DNA from: Chitinophagales bacterium
Lineage (GTDB): Bacteria > Bacteroidota > Bacteroidia > Chitinophagales > CAVYQA01
Assembly (NCBI GenBank): GCA_963770495.1
Contig: CAVYQA010000030.1
Span: 23,927-87,926 of the forward strand
Direction of reading: 5' to 3'
Length of the DNA: 64,000 bases
Below the pieces are notes generated by a model, which did no database searches, was not told where the DNA came from, and saw only the letters and a list, made by a program, of their open reading frames with translations. Positions 22,273-32,721 of this stretch are shown piece after piece (within the stretch, counting starts at the first letter, position 1; every line of letters begins with the position of its first letter). The position numbers and the translations under genes were made by a program.

Positions 22273-23373
22273 TTAGCTATTAATCAAGCTTATAAAATCA
22301 TCAAACAAATACCTACTGTCATGCGGTCCCGGTGATGCTTCGGGATGATATTGAACCGAAAATGCCGGTTTATTTTTTATACGAATACCTTCAATGGTTT
22401 TATCGTTTAAGTTAACGTGCGTCACCTCAACATCTTTTGATTTAGCCAGCTCATCATCCTTTACATTGAAGCCATGATTTTGCGAAGTAATCTCGCAATG
22501 ATTTTTAATAATATTTTTTACAGGATGATTTAGCCCCCTATGTCCATGATGCATCTTATAGGTACCTACACCGTTAGCCAACGCCAGTAACTGGTGACCA
22601 AGACAAATTCCGAATAATGGTTTTTTATTATCTAAAATTTCCTTCACTGTCTTAATAGCATAATCCATTGCAGCCGGGTCGCCGGGACCATTGGAAATAA
22701 AAAAACCGTTCGGCTTCCAGCTATTCATTTCAGTAAAAGAAGTTTTAGCCGGAAAAATTTTCACATAGCAATCGCGCCCGTCAAAACAGCGCAATATATT
22801 TTTTTTGATGCCCAAATCAAGAGCGGCAATTTTATACTTTGCATCGGGATTGCCGTAATAATAAGCTTCTTTAGTGCTCACCTTTGATGATAATTCTAAG
22901 CCAGCCATGCTCGGCGTTTTATCAAGAATTTCTTTTAATTTTTTCATATCCGGTATTTCCGAAGAAATAACTGCATTCATTGCGCCTTTACTGCGTATAT
23001 AACGCACAATAGCTCTTGTGTCCACATCTGAAATGGCTACCAGCTTATTCTCCAAAAAATAATCCTGTATGGTTTTATCGGCAAGATGCCGCGATTGGGG
23101 AATATTAAAATTTTTGCAAACCAGTCCTGAAATTTTTATTGATCCCGATTCAACCTCTTTATTATTAATCCCGTAATTGCCGATATGCACACTCGTAGCC
23201 ACCAGTATTTGCCCGAAATAAGAGGGGTCAGTAAATATTTCCTGGTAACCCGTCATGCCGGTGTTAAAGCAAATTTCGCCTGTAGTGGTGCCGATAGCGC
23301 CCGCCGCCTTTCCGTGAAAAGCCGTTCCGTCTGCTAACATTAGGACGGCCGGTAACGTTGTTTGATCTTTCAT
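22273..23373 (-). CDS. carA: Carbamoyl-phosphate synthase small (glutaminase) subunit
   Basis: GICLGHQLLA...HGHRGLNHPV...QYHPEASPGPHD. The ATG at 23373 (MKDQTT...) is preferred because the track's TTG start at 23406 lies inside the -7 box. Confidence 0.93.
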   Translation of the reverse strand: MKDQTTLPAVLMLADGTAFHGKAAGAIGTTTGEICFNTGMTGYQEIFTDPSYFGQILVATSVHIGNYGINNKEVESGSIKISGLVCKNFNIPQSRHLADKTIQDYFLENKLVAISDVDTRAIVRYIRSKGAMNAVISSEIPDMKKLKEILDKTPSMAGLELSSKVSTKEAYYYGNPDAKYKIAALDLGIKKNILRCFDGRDCYVKIFPAKTSFTEMNSWKPNGFFISNGPGDPAAMDYAIKTVKEILDNKKPLFGICLGHQLLALANGVGTYKMHHGHRGLNHPVKNIIKNHCEITSQNHGFNVKDDELAKSKDVEVTHVNLNDKTIEGIRIKNKPAFSVQYHPEASPGPHDSRYLFDDFISLINS

Positions 23374-23403
23374 TAGGAGAATTAGAGGTTGGAAAAACCG
23401 CTG

Positions 23404-23411
23404 CAAAAGTA
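23404..23411 (-). promoter_or_regulatory. Bacteroidota -7 box (TActTTTG on the minus strand) for carA
   Basis: The plus strand reads caaaagta. The box ends 30 nt upstream of the ATG at 23373. Confidence 0.4.
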
Positions 23412-23483
23412 ATTAAACCTTTATTAATTATTAAGCTATTTTGACTTTAAATTCTATCTTCATATTATATTTACCAACCTATT

Positions 23484-24368
23484 ATGAAACGACTATTTGT
23501 TTTCATCTTTTATTTATTTCCCCTGCTTCTTCAGGCGCAGACTTATAACCCTGATTTATTTAAACAATATGTTATTCCAATAACCAAAGCGTTAGACGAT
23601 ACTAATACTGTGTTATACGACTCCCTAAAAAATTATAACCTGATTATGATTGGTGAAAAGCATGGTACAAAAGAATATGTTCAGTTCATGAATGGATTAA
23701 TTAAGGATTTTACTGTCCGTCATAAAAAAGTAATTGCCGGTTTTGAAGTAGAACGGGGTATAATGCATGATAGTTTGAAAAACCTTACATACGAACAATT
23801 AGCCAACTCTGAATTTTTCAATAAAGATATTGACGGAAGAGAAAACTCAACTTCGGCAAATATTATTGCAAGTTTGTCTGATGATAGCAATGTATCCCTT
23901 GTATTTTTTGATATTCGCATCATTCCCATTAACAGAAAACAATTAAAAGATACTTCAAAAGCAAATTATATAAAATATGTGGGGCTTTACCGTGATAGCA
24001 TGATGTATGAATCGTTAAATAGTGCGATTAAAAAAGATACGAATGCCGTTGCAATATCCATTTGTGGCGATTATCATTCAATGATTGAACGACAAGGTGC
24101 CATGGCTTACTTTTTTAGAAATGATTCAGCCAGTGCAGTAAAAAATAAAAGAATGCTGACTGTAAGAGATGTTAGTGAAAGCGGCACAATGTCAAATAAT
24201 GAGGGCAACGGTTTACAGTTAAGAACTGTTTACCCGGATTCATTCTTTTTAGACAGCGTTATAAAATACGATAATTATGTTCTGTTAACCCCTTACCCGC
24301 TTTACGATGGCTATTGCGGAATACTGTTTATAAGAACTGTTACTGCTGCAACGCCGTGTAAAAATTAA
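23484..24368 (+). CDS. Hypothetical secreted protein
   Basis: Signal peptide MKRLFVFIFYLFPLLLQAQ. I cannot name a domain with confidence. Confidence 0.55.
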   Translation: MKRLFVFIFYLFPLLLQAQTYNPDLFKQYVIPITKALDDTNTVLYDSLKNYNLIMIGEKHGTKEYVQFMNGLIKDFTVRHKKVIAGFEVERGIMHDSLKNLTYEQLANSEFFNKDIDGRENSTSANIIASLSDDSNVSLVFFDIRIIPINRKQLKDTSKANYIKYVGLYRDSMMYESLNSAIKKDTNAVAISICGDYHSMIERQGAMAYFFRNDSASAVKNKRMLTVRDVSESGTMSNNEGNGLQLRTVYPDSFFLDSVIKYDNYVLLTPYPLYDGYCGILFIRTVTAATPCKN

Positions 24369-25291
24369 ACGGATTTAAAAGAAAAGTTCTCTTTAAAAAC
24401 TTTTAACTCATCCAGTAACTCCGATGCCGGTAACGGGATGTAGTTGTAAAGTTTACTTTCCGGCTTAACCCTTATTTCATTCATTTGCAAGTGCTGGTTG
24501 GTGAACAAAAATTCTATGTCGGGATAAATAGTCTTTATCGTATCCACCAATTCAAGAATCTCTAAATTTTTATCCGATAAGTTATAAATACCCGATGGCA
24601 CTTTACTTTTAAGCAAATGCGAAAGGACATGAGTTACTTTGTCAATGTGAATGAATGTTCTGTATTGCCGTCCGTTGCCATTAATAGAAAGCCGGTTAGT
24701 AAAATTAGCTTCAAACATAAACTTATTGATTACCGCATCAAAACGCATACTCTTACTGTATCCGTAAACATTTCCGCATCTTAGAATAATCGTTTCAACG
24801 GGCTTGTCAAACAGCCGCCTCACATGTTCTTCAGCTCTTAATTTAGAAATGGCATAATGACTGTTTGGATTCGGGGGAGTGGTTTCATCCACAAAATCAC
24901 TACTAACGCCATATACAGCCGCCGAACTCATAAAAACCAGTTTCTTCACCGGGCTTTGCTCTATGGCATAAATTAATTCGGCAGTGCCCCAATGATTAAC
25001 CTGCTCAAAAAAATGTGAATCAATATTGGCAAATGGCGTGGATACCTTGGCTGCCAAATGATAAACCACATCCACCTCTTTAAGAACCTGGTTTATTTTA
25101 CGGCTGTCTAAAATATCGCCCTGGATGAATTGTATATTATGATTATTTATTTTTTTGCCGAGAAATAAATTATAATTCCCCCTGCCCAAATTATCATAAA
25201 CAATAATTTTTTTTACAATAGGATTTTCCGCCAAAGCATAAACCAATTCAGCGCCGATGTACCCTGTTCCTCCTGTAATAAGAATTGTCAT
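24365..25291 (-). CDS. NAD-dependent epimerase/dehydratase (extended SDR)
   Basis: ILITGGTGYIGAELV and catalytic YAISK. Confidence 0.85.
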   Translation of the reverse strand: MTILITGGTGYIGAELVYALAENPIVKKIIVYDNLGRGNYNLFLGKKINNHNIQFIQGDILDSRKINQVLKEVDVVYHLAAKVSTPFANIDSHFFEQVNHWGTAELIYAIEQSPVKKLVFMSSAAVYGVSSDFVDETTPPNPNSHYAISKLRAEEHVRRLFDKPVETIILRCGNVYGYSKSMRFDAVINKFMFEANFTNRLSINGNGRQYRTFIHIDKVTHVLSHLLKSKVPSGIYNLSDKNLEILELVDTIKTIYPDIEFLFTNQHLQMNEIRVKPESKLYNYIPLPASELLDELKVFKENFSFKSV

Positions 25292-25303
25292 TATTCTATA
25301 AAA

Positions 25304-25981
25304 TTATTTTAAAACCAAATCGGTATTTAAGCCGCACTCCGTTTTTTTCAATCCGAACCAGCGCCCGCCGCGCTCATCCATCTCTGCGTCAAATGCGCGG
25401 GTGCAGGGCTCGCATCCCACGCTAAAATATCCTTTCTCCTCAAGCGGGTGGCGGGGAATATTATTTTCCTCGAGGTAATAATGAATCATTTTCGGTGTCC
25501 AGTCAAGCATGGGGTGAAAGCGTGTTGCATTAAATGGCGTTTTCTCCTCAATTTTAAATTCTTTTCTTGTGGCGCTCTGGTCGGCACGCACACCGTTTAT
25601 CCATATATCATACTCGGCGAGTATTGGTTCAAGCGGCTGGGTTTTATTTAAGTAGCAGCAATAATCGGGGTCCGATGCAAATAATAAACGCCCGTTACTG
25701 TCCTTTTGCTGGCTTTTGGGTGTGGATGAGAAAACATCTTTTACATTCAATTCAAACAACTGTGTAATGCGGTCGCGATAAACAATCGTTTCAGGAAAAT
25801 GATACCCGGTATTAATAAAAAATATTGGAATGGTTTTATCTATGCAGCTGATAATATGGAGCAGCACAACACTATGCGTTTGAAATGACGAGGTGTTGAA
25901 TAATTTTAATCCCCGCGACTGGTAACTTTCAATTTGCTTTTTTATATCACCGAAATTCATATTATAATTTTTACCGGACAA
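25304..25981 (-). CDS. Phosphoadenosine phosphosulfate (PAPS/APS) reductase family protein
   Basis: PAPS_reduct-like fold with a C-terminal ...KKTECGLN motif. Confidence 0.75.
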   Translation of the reverse strand: MSGKNYNMNFGDIKKQIESYQSRGLKLFNTSSFQTHSVVLLHIISCIDKTIPIFFINTGYHFPETIVYRDRITQLFELNVKDVFSSTPKSQQKDSNGRLLFASDPDYCCYLNKTQPLEPILAEYDIWINGVRADQSATRKEFKIEEKTPFNATRFHPMLDWTPKMIHYYLEENNIPRHPLEEKGYFSVGCEPCTRAFDAEMDERGGRWFGLKKTECGLNTDLVLK

Positions 25982-26759
25982 TTATTTCCTGCAACAACTC
26001 ATTCAAAATTTTTGGCGTGCAGGCGACAATCTCTTTTCCGAAGATAAAATTATCACCGCCTTTAAAGTCACTCACTGCACCTCCTGCTTCTTTTACAATC
26101 AGCGCACCGCCGGCAATATCCCATGGATTAAGATTATACTCAAAATAGCCGTCAAACCTGCCGCTGGCAACATAACACAAATCCACGGCGGCGCTGCCGA
26201 AGCGTCTTATGCCATGTGTTTTTTTTAAAATGGCGTAAATGGATTGAATATATTTTTCCATTTTCCCGTCATGTTTATATGGAAAACCCGTTGATATCAG
26301 CGACTCTTTAAGCGATAGCACTTTTGATACGGAAATAGGTTTCCCGTTTAGAAAAGCGCCCCCGTTTTGCCAGGCATAAAAACATTCGTTTTGATTTATC
26401 TCCAATACCACACCAACAAGAATTTCATTTTTATTCACCAGCCCTACGCTGGTAGAAAATACCGGAACGCCATGCAAAAAATTAGTGGTGCCGTCCAATG
26501 GGTCAATTATCCATTCAAGGTCTTTACTATCGGCAAATGTTTTTTCTTCGGTAAGAAATCCCGCTTCGGGAACAATTTTACGTAATGCCTCGACAAGAAT
26601 TTTTTCCGCCTGTATGTCTACATACGATACTAAATCCCTTTCACCCTTATGTTGTATATCTGCCGTAGTTATTTTCAGGGATTCTTCATGGATAAACTTT
26701 CCCGCCCGCTTCACGGCATCAATGGTTTTTTTGCAAATTGCCTGTAAATCCATGGTCAT
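25971..26759 (-). CDS. Inositol monophosphatase family protein
   Basis: WIIDPLDGTTNFLHG and WDIAGGALIVKEAGG. Confidence 0.9.
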   Translation of the reverse strand: MTMDLQAICKKTIDAVKRAGKFIHEESLKITTADIQHKGERDLVSYVDIQAEKILVEALRKIVPEAGFLTEEKTFADSKDLEWIIDPLDGTTNFLHGVPVFSTSVGLVNKNEILVGVVLEINQNECFYAWQNGGAFLNGKPISVSKVLSLKESLISTGFPYKHDGKMEKYIQSIYAILKKTHGIRRFGSAAVDLCYVASGRFDGYFEYNLNPWDIAGGALIVKEAGGAVSDFKGGDNFIFGKEIVACTPKILNELLQEIIVR

Positions 26760-28378
26760 ATCCTTTCAAGAATGAATTTAATAACAGCTAAAAGTATTAA
26801 AATGGCGCTAATGAGCAAAGCATAAAAGCCAATATAATCGCCGTGGCGGGTATAAAACGTTTCTTTTAAGTTTAAGGTGAGCGATGCTTTAATAACCGCG
26901 GGCTGCCACCATGGTGTTGCCTGGGTAATATCTCCTTTCTCATCAACAAAGCACGACGTGCCGGTGTTAGCTGAACGCGCAATGCTGCGTCGGTTTTCTA
27001 TTGCCCGCATCGCTCCGTAATACAAATGCTGCAAATGGCCGTCAGTATTGCCCCACCAGCCATCATTGGTCATAATGAAAATTAAGTTAGCGCCGTTTTT
27101 TACATAATCAGAAATATATTCTCCAAAAATTGATTCATAACAAATAACGGGGGCAATGCCGGTTTTATCCGCCGAAAAAAATACTGAACGATTTTCCTGC
27201 CGCCCATAGCTAACGCTTGTGCCGCCAATATTTATAAGAAGAGGTTCAAGGAAGGCAAATAGTTTTGGGTACGGAACACTTTCTACAAAGGGAACAAGAA
27301 CAGATTTATAATATACCTGTATTTTCATTGAAGAATCCAGTTGAATAGCTGCATTATATTCCTCTCTCCATTGCCCGTTTCCAACATTAAAGGTTGTAGG
27401 AGTTTCTTTTGTAGAAAAGGTGTGATAGGCACTAATACCTGTTACCAATTTAAGTTTAGGGTATTTTTTTAAAAATCTTCTTATTAGTATTATAGATGAA
27501 TCAAACTCAACATTATCTAAATCTATGGAAACAATATCACCGATTGCTGTTTCTGGCCACACTAAATAATCGGTTGAAGAATCTACATCTTCTGCCGATA
27601 AAGAAAGCAGCTTGTTCATCTGTAAATCAAGTGTACTGTAATCAAACTTTTCATTATAAGGGTCAATGTTCGGTTGAACAACAACAACATTTTTCTTTGG
27701 TCCTGTTTCTTTATAGTTTGAATAAATGAAAAGAGAAATTATTATTGGCAGAATAAGAATAACAATTGCTGTTATTGAGGCAGGGCTTTTAATACTGAAT
27801 TTTCCTTCCTTATAAAGAACGGGATTAATTGCCTCGAAAATCAAAATATTCATAATCAATATCCACAAGCTGCCGCCCAATGCTCCTGTATATTCATACC
27901 ATTGAATAAAATAGGGAAAGCGCGATAACCCATTGCCAAGCGTCAACCATGGCCACGTTAAATCCCAGCGCATGTGCAGGTATTCAAACGTAATCCAAAA
28001 AATCATCAGCGAAACATAACCAATTAGTTTCCCGAATTTTTTTCTTACATGATGAAATAGCATAAACGGAATGCACATTAGCAGTGCATTGCAAACAAAC
28101 GCCAGCGATGCACCAATGCCCGTTGAGTTCCACACCCACCAGGTTGTTAGAACATTCCAGATAAAAAATGTCATCCATGCATAAGGAAATAAGCGCAGGT
28201 TCTTTCCGAATAGGTTCCCGGTAAAAACTTCATGCTCCAAATACAGCAAGGGAACAAATCCGAAAAACAACAACGGGAAAAACGGGAACGACGGCCATCC
28301 CGCCCAAAGTATCACCCCGCTAAGGAGAGATAATATGAGGTGTTTTTTGTTGAATGATATTTTTTTAAAAAAAGCCAC
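26756..28378 (-). CDS. lnt: Apolipoprotein N-acyltransferase
   Basis: Multi-TM N-terminal half plus a CN-hydrolase domain (...GIAPVICYESIF...). Confidence 0.9.
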   Translation of the reverse strand: MAFFKKISFNKKHLILSLLSGVILWAGWPSFPFFPLLFFGFVPLLYLEHEVFTGNLFGKNLRLFPYAWMTFFIWNVLTTWWVWNSTGIGASLAFVCNALLMCIPFMLFHHVRKKFGKLIGYVSLMIFWITFEYLHMRWDLTWPWLTLGNGLSRFPYFIQWYEYTGALGGSLWILIMNILIFEAINPVLYKEGKFSIKSPASITAIVILILPIIISLFIYSNYKETGPKKNVVVVQPNIDPYNEKFDYSTLDLQMNKLLSLSAEDVDSSTDYLVWPETAIGDIVSIDLDNVEFDSSIILIRRFLKKYPKLKLVTGISAYHTFSTKETPTTFNVGNGQWREEYNAAIQLDSSMKIQVYYKSVLVPFVESVPYPKLFAFLEPLLINIGGTSVSYGRQENRSVFFSADKTGIAPVICYESIFGEYISDYVKNGANLIFIMTNDGWWGNTDGHLQHLYYGAMRAIENRRSIARSANTGTSCFVDEKGDITQATPWWQPAVIKASLTLNLKETFYTRHGDYIGFYALLISAILILLAVIKFILERI

Positions 28379-28390
28379 TTATATATAAGA

Positions 28391-28566
28391 TTAACTCCGC
28401 ACTTTAGTGCGGAGAATAAGGTTCAAATAATAGTCATATGATGGCTTCGTCCGATGAAAAATCGGACTCGCCATGACAGTGATAAGCGGGATATTTTTCG
28501 TCCCGCCAAAGGCAGGACGATGTCCTACCCCCAATTCCATGTCATTGCGAGCGACAGCGAAGCAAT
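28391..28566. repeat. Cluster of four unrelated short hairpins between lnt and rsmI
   Basis: The hairpins are ctccgcac-ttt-agtgcggag, tccgat-gaaaa-atcgga, gtcccgcc-aaa-ggcaggac and cattgcgagcgacagcgaagcaatc. The 60-aa track ORF here is built from them. Confidence 0.7.
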
Positions 28567-28569
28567 CTC

Positions 28570-29241
28570 TCATTCCTCTTTTCCTCCAACTACAATCACA
28601 ATTTCCCCTTTTATAGTTTTATCAGAATAATGATTTAAAACTTCAGTAACACTACCGCGAATAGTTTCTTCATGAATTTTTGTTAATTCTCTTGAAACGC
28701 TGATTCGCCGTTCCGCTCCAAAATAAGTTGCAAATTCTTCCAGCGTTTTAACCAGCCTGTTCGGTGATTCATAAAACACTATTGTGCGCGTTTCAGTTGA
28801 TAGTTCCCTTAATCGTGTTTGTCTCCCTTTCTTATGCGGTAAAAATCCTTCAAAGCAAAACTTATCGCAAGGCAACCCCGAATTAATTAACGCCGGAACA
28901 AAAGCCGTTGCCCCCGGCAGGCATTGCACCTCAATATTTTCTTTCACACATTCTCTCACTAAAAGAAATCCCGCATCGGAAATGCCCGGTGTGCCTGCAT
29001 CTGATATCATAGCCATTGTTTCTCCGCCCTTAAGCCGTTGAATAAGTGCGCCAAGCGCTTTGTGTTCATTATGCTGATGATATGCGAAAACCTTTTTTTC
29101 AATCTGGAAATGGCGGAGTAAAAACCCCGATGTGCGGGTGTCTTCTGCAATAATAACATCAGCCTCTTTCAGCAATCGCAATGCCCGAAGCGTAATATCT
29201 TCAAGGTTGCCGATTGGGGTGGGAATGATGTATAACATCAA
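28570..29241 (-). CDS. rsmI: 16S rRNA (cytidine1402-2'-O)-methyltransferase
   Basis: LYIIPTPIGNLEDITLRALRLLKEADVIIAEDTR... Confidence 0.92.
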   Translation of the reverse strand: MMLYIIPTPIGNLEDITLRALRLLKEADVIIAEDTRTSGFLLRHFQIEKKVFAYHQHNEHKALGALIQRLKGGETMAMISDAGTPGISDAGFLLVRECVKENIEVQCLPGATAFVPALINSGLPCDKFCFEGFLPHKKGRQTRLRELSTETRTIVFYESPNRLVKTLEEFATYFGAERRISVSRELTKIHEETIRGSVTEVLNHYSDKTIKGEIVIVVGGKEE

Positions 29242-29257
29242 TTATAGAGTACAAAAT

Positions 29258-29512
29258 CTATTTGTTTTCTGAAACAGAATAGCTGTAAGATTCCATCACA
29301 GGATTTGCCAGCAGCTTTTTGCAACAGGTTTCTGTTTTTTCTTTCGCCTCACCTTCATTAGCCGCATCAATAAGAAGTGTTATATGCTTGCCAATGCGCA
29401 CTTCCTTAATTTCAGGAACGTTCAGGTTTTTCAATCCCAATAAAACCGCTTTGCCCTGCGGGTCTAACAGTTCTTTAAGCGGCATCACGTTTATTTCAGC
29501 TTTGAATTGCAT
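29258..29512 (-). CDS. purS: Phosphoribosylformylglycinamidine synthase subunit PurS
   Basis: 84 aa, with ...NVMPLKELLDPQGKAV... Confidence 0.85.
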   Translation of the reverse strand: MQFKAEINVMPLKELLDPQGKAVLLGLKNLNVPEIKEVRIGKHITLLIDAANEGEAKEKTETCCKKLLANPVMESYSYSVSENK

Positions 29513-30225
29513 TTTTAGAAAAGATTTGAATTATTGAAGTTATTATATAAAGCAAAATTACGGCGGCAATTCCCGCAAATCCCATAAAAATTATCAGCAG
29601 GACAGAAATCAATAAAAAAATATAACGCGTGTCATTACTTTTCCAATCATACGATTTGAATTTGAGCGAAAACATCGGCAGACGGCGAAACCAGCAGGTA
29701 AGAAAAAATTAATATCAATAAATACAATACCCATTTATTAGCCAGCAACGGAGCCAACCCAAACTGGTTAGAAAAATAAATCAGCGGCAAGGTTGCCGTA
29801 AAAATTGCAGTAGCAGGTGTGGGAAGCCCTACAAAATGAGTCTTTTGCAATTCATCAATATTAAACTTTGCCAAACGCAATGCCGAGAAAATTGAAATTA
29901 AAAATGCCGGCAGCAGGTAAATAATGCCCACTGCAAAAGCGCCGGTTTCCGAAGCGTAAGCTCGTCCCAATAAATTGTAAAAAATAAATCCCGGCAAAAT
30001 GCCGAAGGTCACGCAATCCGCCAGCGAATCCAGTTGTTCGCCAAGACGTGATTCAGCTTTTAATAATCGTGCTACAAAACCATCACAAAAATCAATAACA
30101 GCCGCCGTAAAAATCAGGTACGATGCAATTGTCGCCTGGTCATAAAAAACATAAATAATCCCCACACAACCCAAAAAAAGGTTGGTAAGTGTTAAAAGGT
30201 TAGGAATATATTTTATAAGTTTTAT
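29496..30225 (-). CDS. pssA: CDP-diacylglycerol--serine O-phosphatidyltransferase, frame-broken and without a canonical start codon
   Basis: DFCDGFVARLL...GEQLDSLAD lies in ORF 29647..30174. The expected C-terminus RRLPMFSLKFKSYDWKSNDTRYIFLLISVLL... is readable in another frame down to the stop at 29496..29498. The break is at about 29685..29692. The N-terminus IKLIKYIPNLLTLTNLF lies upstream of the TTG used by the track, and there is no in-frame ATG. Confidence 0.8.
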
Positions 30226-30286
30226 AGCTAAAAAGTTAATTGTTAATTGTTAATCGTCCCACATCCCGTGTCTCGTGTCCCGCATC

Positions 30287-31585
30287 TCATTTCCCACGCG
30301 CCATCAACTCCTCAATCTCCTCCGCCTCAATCGGAATATCAGCCATCAAATCCACCGGGTCTTTATCCGTCACCAAAATATCATCTTCAATACGAATCCC
30401 GATATTTTCCTCAGGAATATATATCCCCGGCTCGCAGGTAAACACCATGCCCGCCTTCATCGGCTCAAAACGGTGCCCGATATCATGCGTATCAAGCCCC
30501 ATAAAATGCGACGCGCCGTGCATATAATATTTTTTATACAGCGGCTTGTCAGGGTCTTGCTTTTTCACATCCTCCGCCTTCAATAAGCCAAGCTTTATCA
30601 ATTCCACCTCCACAATTTTTCCCGATTCATTATTATGGTCATTCAATATCGTTCCGGGGCGCAAATTATTTCTCACCTGTTTAAAAACCCGGAACACCGC
30701 ATTATACACCTCTTTTTGCCGCGGCGTAAATTTTCCGTTCACCGGCACCACGCGCGTGAGGTCGGAGGCGTAATTGGAATATTCACAGCCAAAATCCATA
30801 GCCACAATATCCCCGTCTTTACATTCTTTATTATTAGCACGATAATGCAACACACACGAATCCCTCCCCGACGCAATTATAGGATAATAAGCATAAGTCG
30901 TTGCCCTCTGCCTCAAAAACTCATGCATTATCTCCGCTTCAATTTCATATTCCATCACACCCGGCTTAATAAACTTCAGGGTGCGCAAAAACGCATCGCG
31001 CGTAATACCGCAGGCTTTTTTAATCAAATCAATTTCCGTTGCTGATTTTATCTGCCGCAGTTTCAGCATCAGCTTGCCGCCACGCTCATAATGATGCAAC
31101 GGGTAGCGCTTTTTTATTTCACGGGCAAAACGCATATCGCGATAAGGCACTTTCCATGCCTGCCTGTCATTCTCATTAAGATTAACGTAAACCGTCTCCG
31201 CATAAACCATCAGCGTAGTCAGCACCGCATCAAACTCATCATTCCACACAATTGTTTTAATGCCGCCGCTTGACTGGTAGGCTTCCTGTTTCGTATACAT
31301 GTGCCCCTCCCATGCCGCAATCACGTCATTGGTTTGCCTGATAAATAACACTTCCTTGTATTCCGGTCGCGGGCTATCCGGATAAATAATCAACGTCGTT
31401 TCTTCCTGGTCAATACCTGTCAGGTACCACAAATCACTGTTCTGGCGAAAATAATACGTATCATCGCCATTGCGCGGCATCTGGTCATTGCTCTGAAAAA
31501 CAGCAATGGAATTCGGTTTCATCAGGGCTGCCAAACGTTTTCTGTTCTCGGCAAAAAATTTACCATCTACGGGCGGATATTTCAT
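30287..31585 (-). CDS. Xaa-Pro aminopeptidase (M24B, aminopeptidase P family)
   Basis: ...HGASHFMGLDTHD...CEPGIYIPEE..GIRIEDDILVT. The likely start is MKYPPVDGKFF (31585). Confidence 0.9.
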   Translation of the reverse strand: MKYPPVDGKFFAENRKRLAALMKPNSIAVFQSNDQMPRNGDDTYYFRQNSDLWYLTGIDQEETTLIIYPDSPRPEYKEVLFIRQTNDVIAAWEGHMYTKQEAYQSSGGIKTIVWNDEFDAVLTTLMVYAETVYVNLNENDRQAWKVPYRDMRFAREIKKRYPLHHYERGGKLMLKLRQIKSATEIDLIKKACGITRDAFLRTLKFIKPGVMEYEIEAEIMHEFLRQRATTYAYYPIIASGRDSCVLHYRANNKECKDGDIVAMDFGCEYSNYASDLTRVVPVNGKFTPRQKEVYNAVFRVFKQVRNNLRPGTILNDHNNESGKIVEVELIKLGLLKAEDVKKQDPDKPLYKKYYMHGASHFMGLDTHDIGHRFEPMKAGMVFTCEPGIYIPEENIGIRIEDDILVTDKDPVDLMADIPIEAEEIEELMARGK

Positions 31586-31661
31586 AGCTATTAAAATTGA
31601 ACCGCAAAAATAGCAATTATGCGGTAACTCACCGCCCACACCCACACACAATTAACCATTA

Positions 31662-31725
31662 ACATATAAAATCAAACTAACCAAGTGCCCCTCTCCATTT
31701 TTTTGGAGAGGGGTTAGGGGTGAGG
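31662..31725 (-). repeat. Family-B hairpin repeat, copy B1
   Basis: The reverse complement is cctcacccctaacccctctcc-aaaaaaat-ggagaggggcacttggttagtttgattttatatgt. It is near-identical in flanks to 44563..44619. Confidence 0.8.
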
Positions 31726-31729
31726 TCCC

Positions 31730-32392
31730 CTAATTCAAATGCGTCTCCCTAAACTCAATCAAAAAAGGGTTAGACCGTTTTTCAAAGCCGATAGATGTTT
31801 CCTCACCGTGACCGCTATACACCTTCACCTCATCATCCAGCACAAGCAGCTTATTAAAAATACTGTTCATCAGCGTGTCATAATCGCTCAGCGGAAAATC
31901 ATAGCGCCCAATGCTGTTATAAAACAGCACATCGCCCGAAATCACAAAATGCCCCTCCTCGTTAAAAAACGAAACACTGCCCGGCGAGTGCCCCGGCGTA
32001 AACAGCACCCTCAGCGTGGTGTTGCCGAAATGCACCTCATCCCCGTCGTTCAAAAAACGGTCGGGCTTAATCACATCGTTAAATTCAACGCCATAGGCAG
32101 ACGCCACCATAGGCGCCGCTTCAAGCACAGGCAGCTCTCTGCGGCTGGCGGCAAACGGTATCTTATACGTGTCCCTTATAAACTTATCGCCAAAAATGTG
32201 GTCAAGGTGGCAATGCGTATTCAGCAGCAGCACCGGCTTAAGCCCATAGTGTTCAATCGTATTAATAAGCAGGTCGCGCTCACTTGGGTAGTAGCACCCC
32301 GGGTCAATAATCACACATTCCTTAGTGTCATCATAAACCAGGTACGTGTTTTCCTGGAAATCGTTAACCGTCAGTTTTTTCACATATACCAT
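31730..32392 (-). CDS. MBL-fold metallo-hydrolase (glyoxalase II-like)
   Basis: LLNTHCHLDHIFG...TPGHSPGS... Confidence 0.85.
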   Translation of the reverse strand: MVYVKKLTVNDFQENTYLVYDDTKECVIIDPGCYYPSERDLLINTIEHYGLKPVLLLNTHCHLDHIFGDKFIRDTYKIPFAASRRELPVLEAAPMVASAYGVEFNDVIKPDRFLNDGDEVHFGNTTLRVLFTPGHSPGSVSFFNEEGHFVISGDVLFYNSIGRYDFPLSDYDTLMNSIFNKLLVLDDEVKVYSGHGEETSIGFEKRSNPFLIEFRETHLN

Positions 32393-32494
32393 CGCGGTGA
32401 AATTAATTTAAAATTCGACAAGTTGTGTTAAGTTGTCATTTAAAACACATTTTGCGGCAGAGGGTTCATTATTTGCAGAGCTTTGCGCGTAGGC

Positions 32495-32599
32495 GGTTTC
32501 CCCTCTATTTTAAGAGGGGACTAAGGGGTGTGTAATTTTACTTTTTATTCTCCTCCTTTTGAAGGAGGAGGCTGAGCCTTGCGGGTAGCTGAGGTGGTT
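32495..32599 (-). repeat. Two adjacent hairpin repeats (family-B-like core and a family-A-like copy, both inverted)
   Basis: The first is ggtttcccctct-attttaa-gaggggactaaggggtg. The second is ttattctcctcctt-ttg-aaggaggaggctgagccttgcgggtagctgaggtggtt. Confidence 0.7.
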
Positions 32600-32721
32600 T
32601 TATTTTCACATGCCCACACTCACATCATATCAAGCGTTGGTAAGTTATACAGGCAAATTTTAATTACCTTCGCCTTACAAAATAATAACTGTTTATAAAA
32701 CATCAAAAATCGATAAATACT

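Noticed and set aside
28391-28573. The 60-aa ORF MRDCFAVARNDMELGV...
   Set aside because: It is built entirely from four intergenic hairpin repeats, so the peptide is a translation artefact of those repeats.
30240-32431. Long plus-strand ORFs in the track (30635..31045, 136 aa; 31739..32431, 230 aa; and several 60-100-aa ORFs).
   Set aside because: They lie antisense to well-supported genes (M24 aminopeptidase, MBL hydrolase). Their translations are Arg/His/Ile-rich shadow sequence with no motifs.
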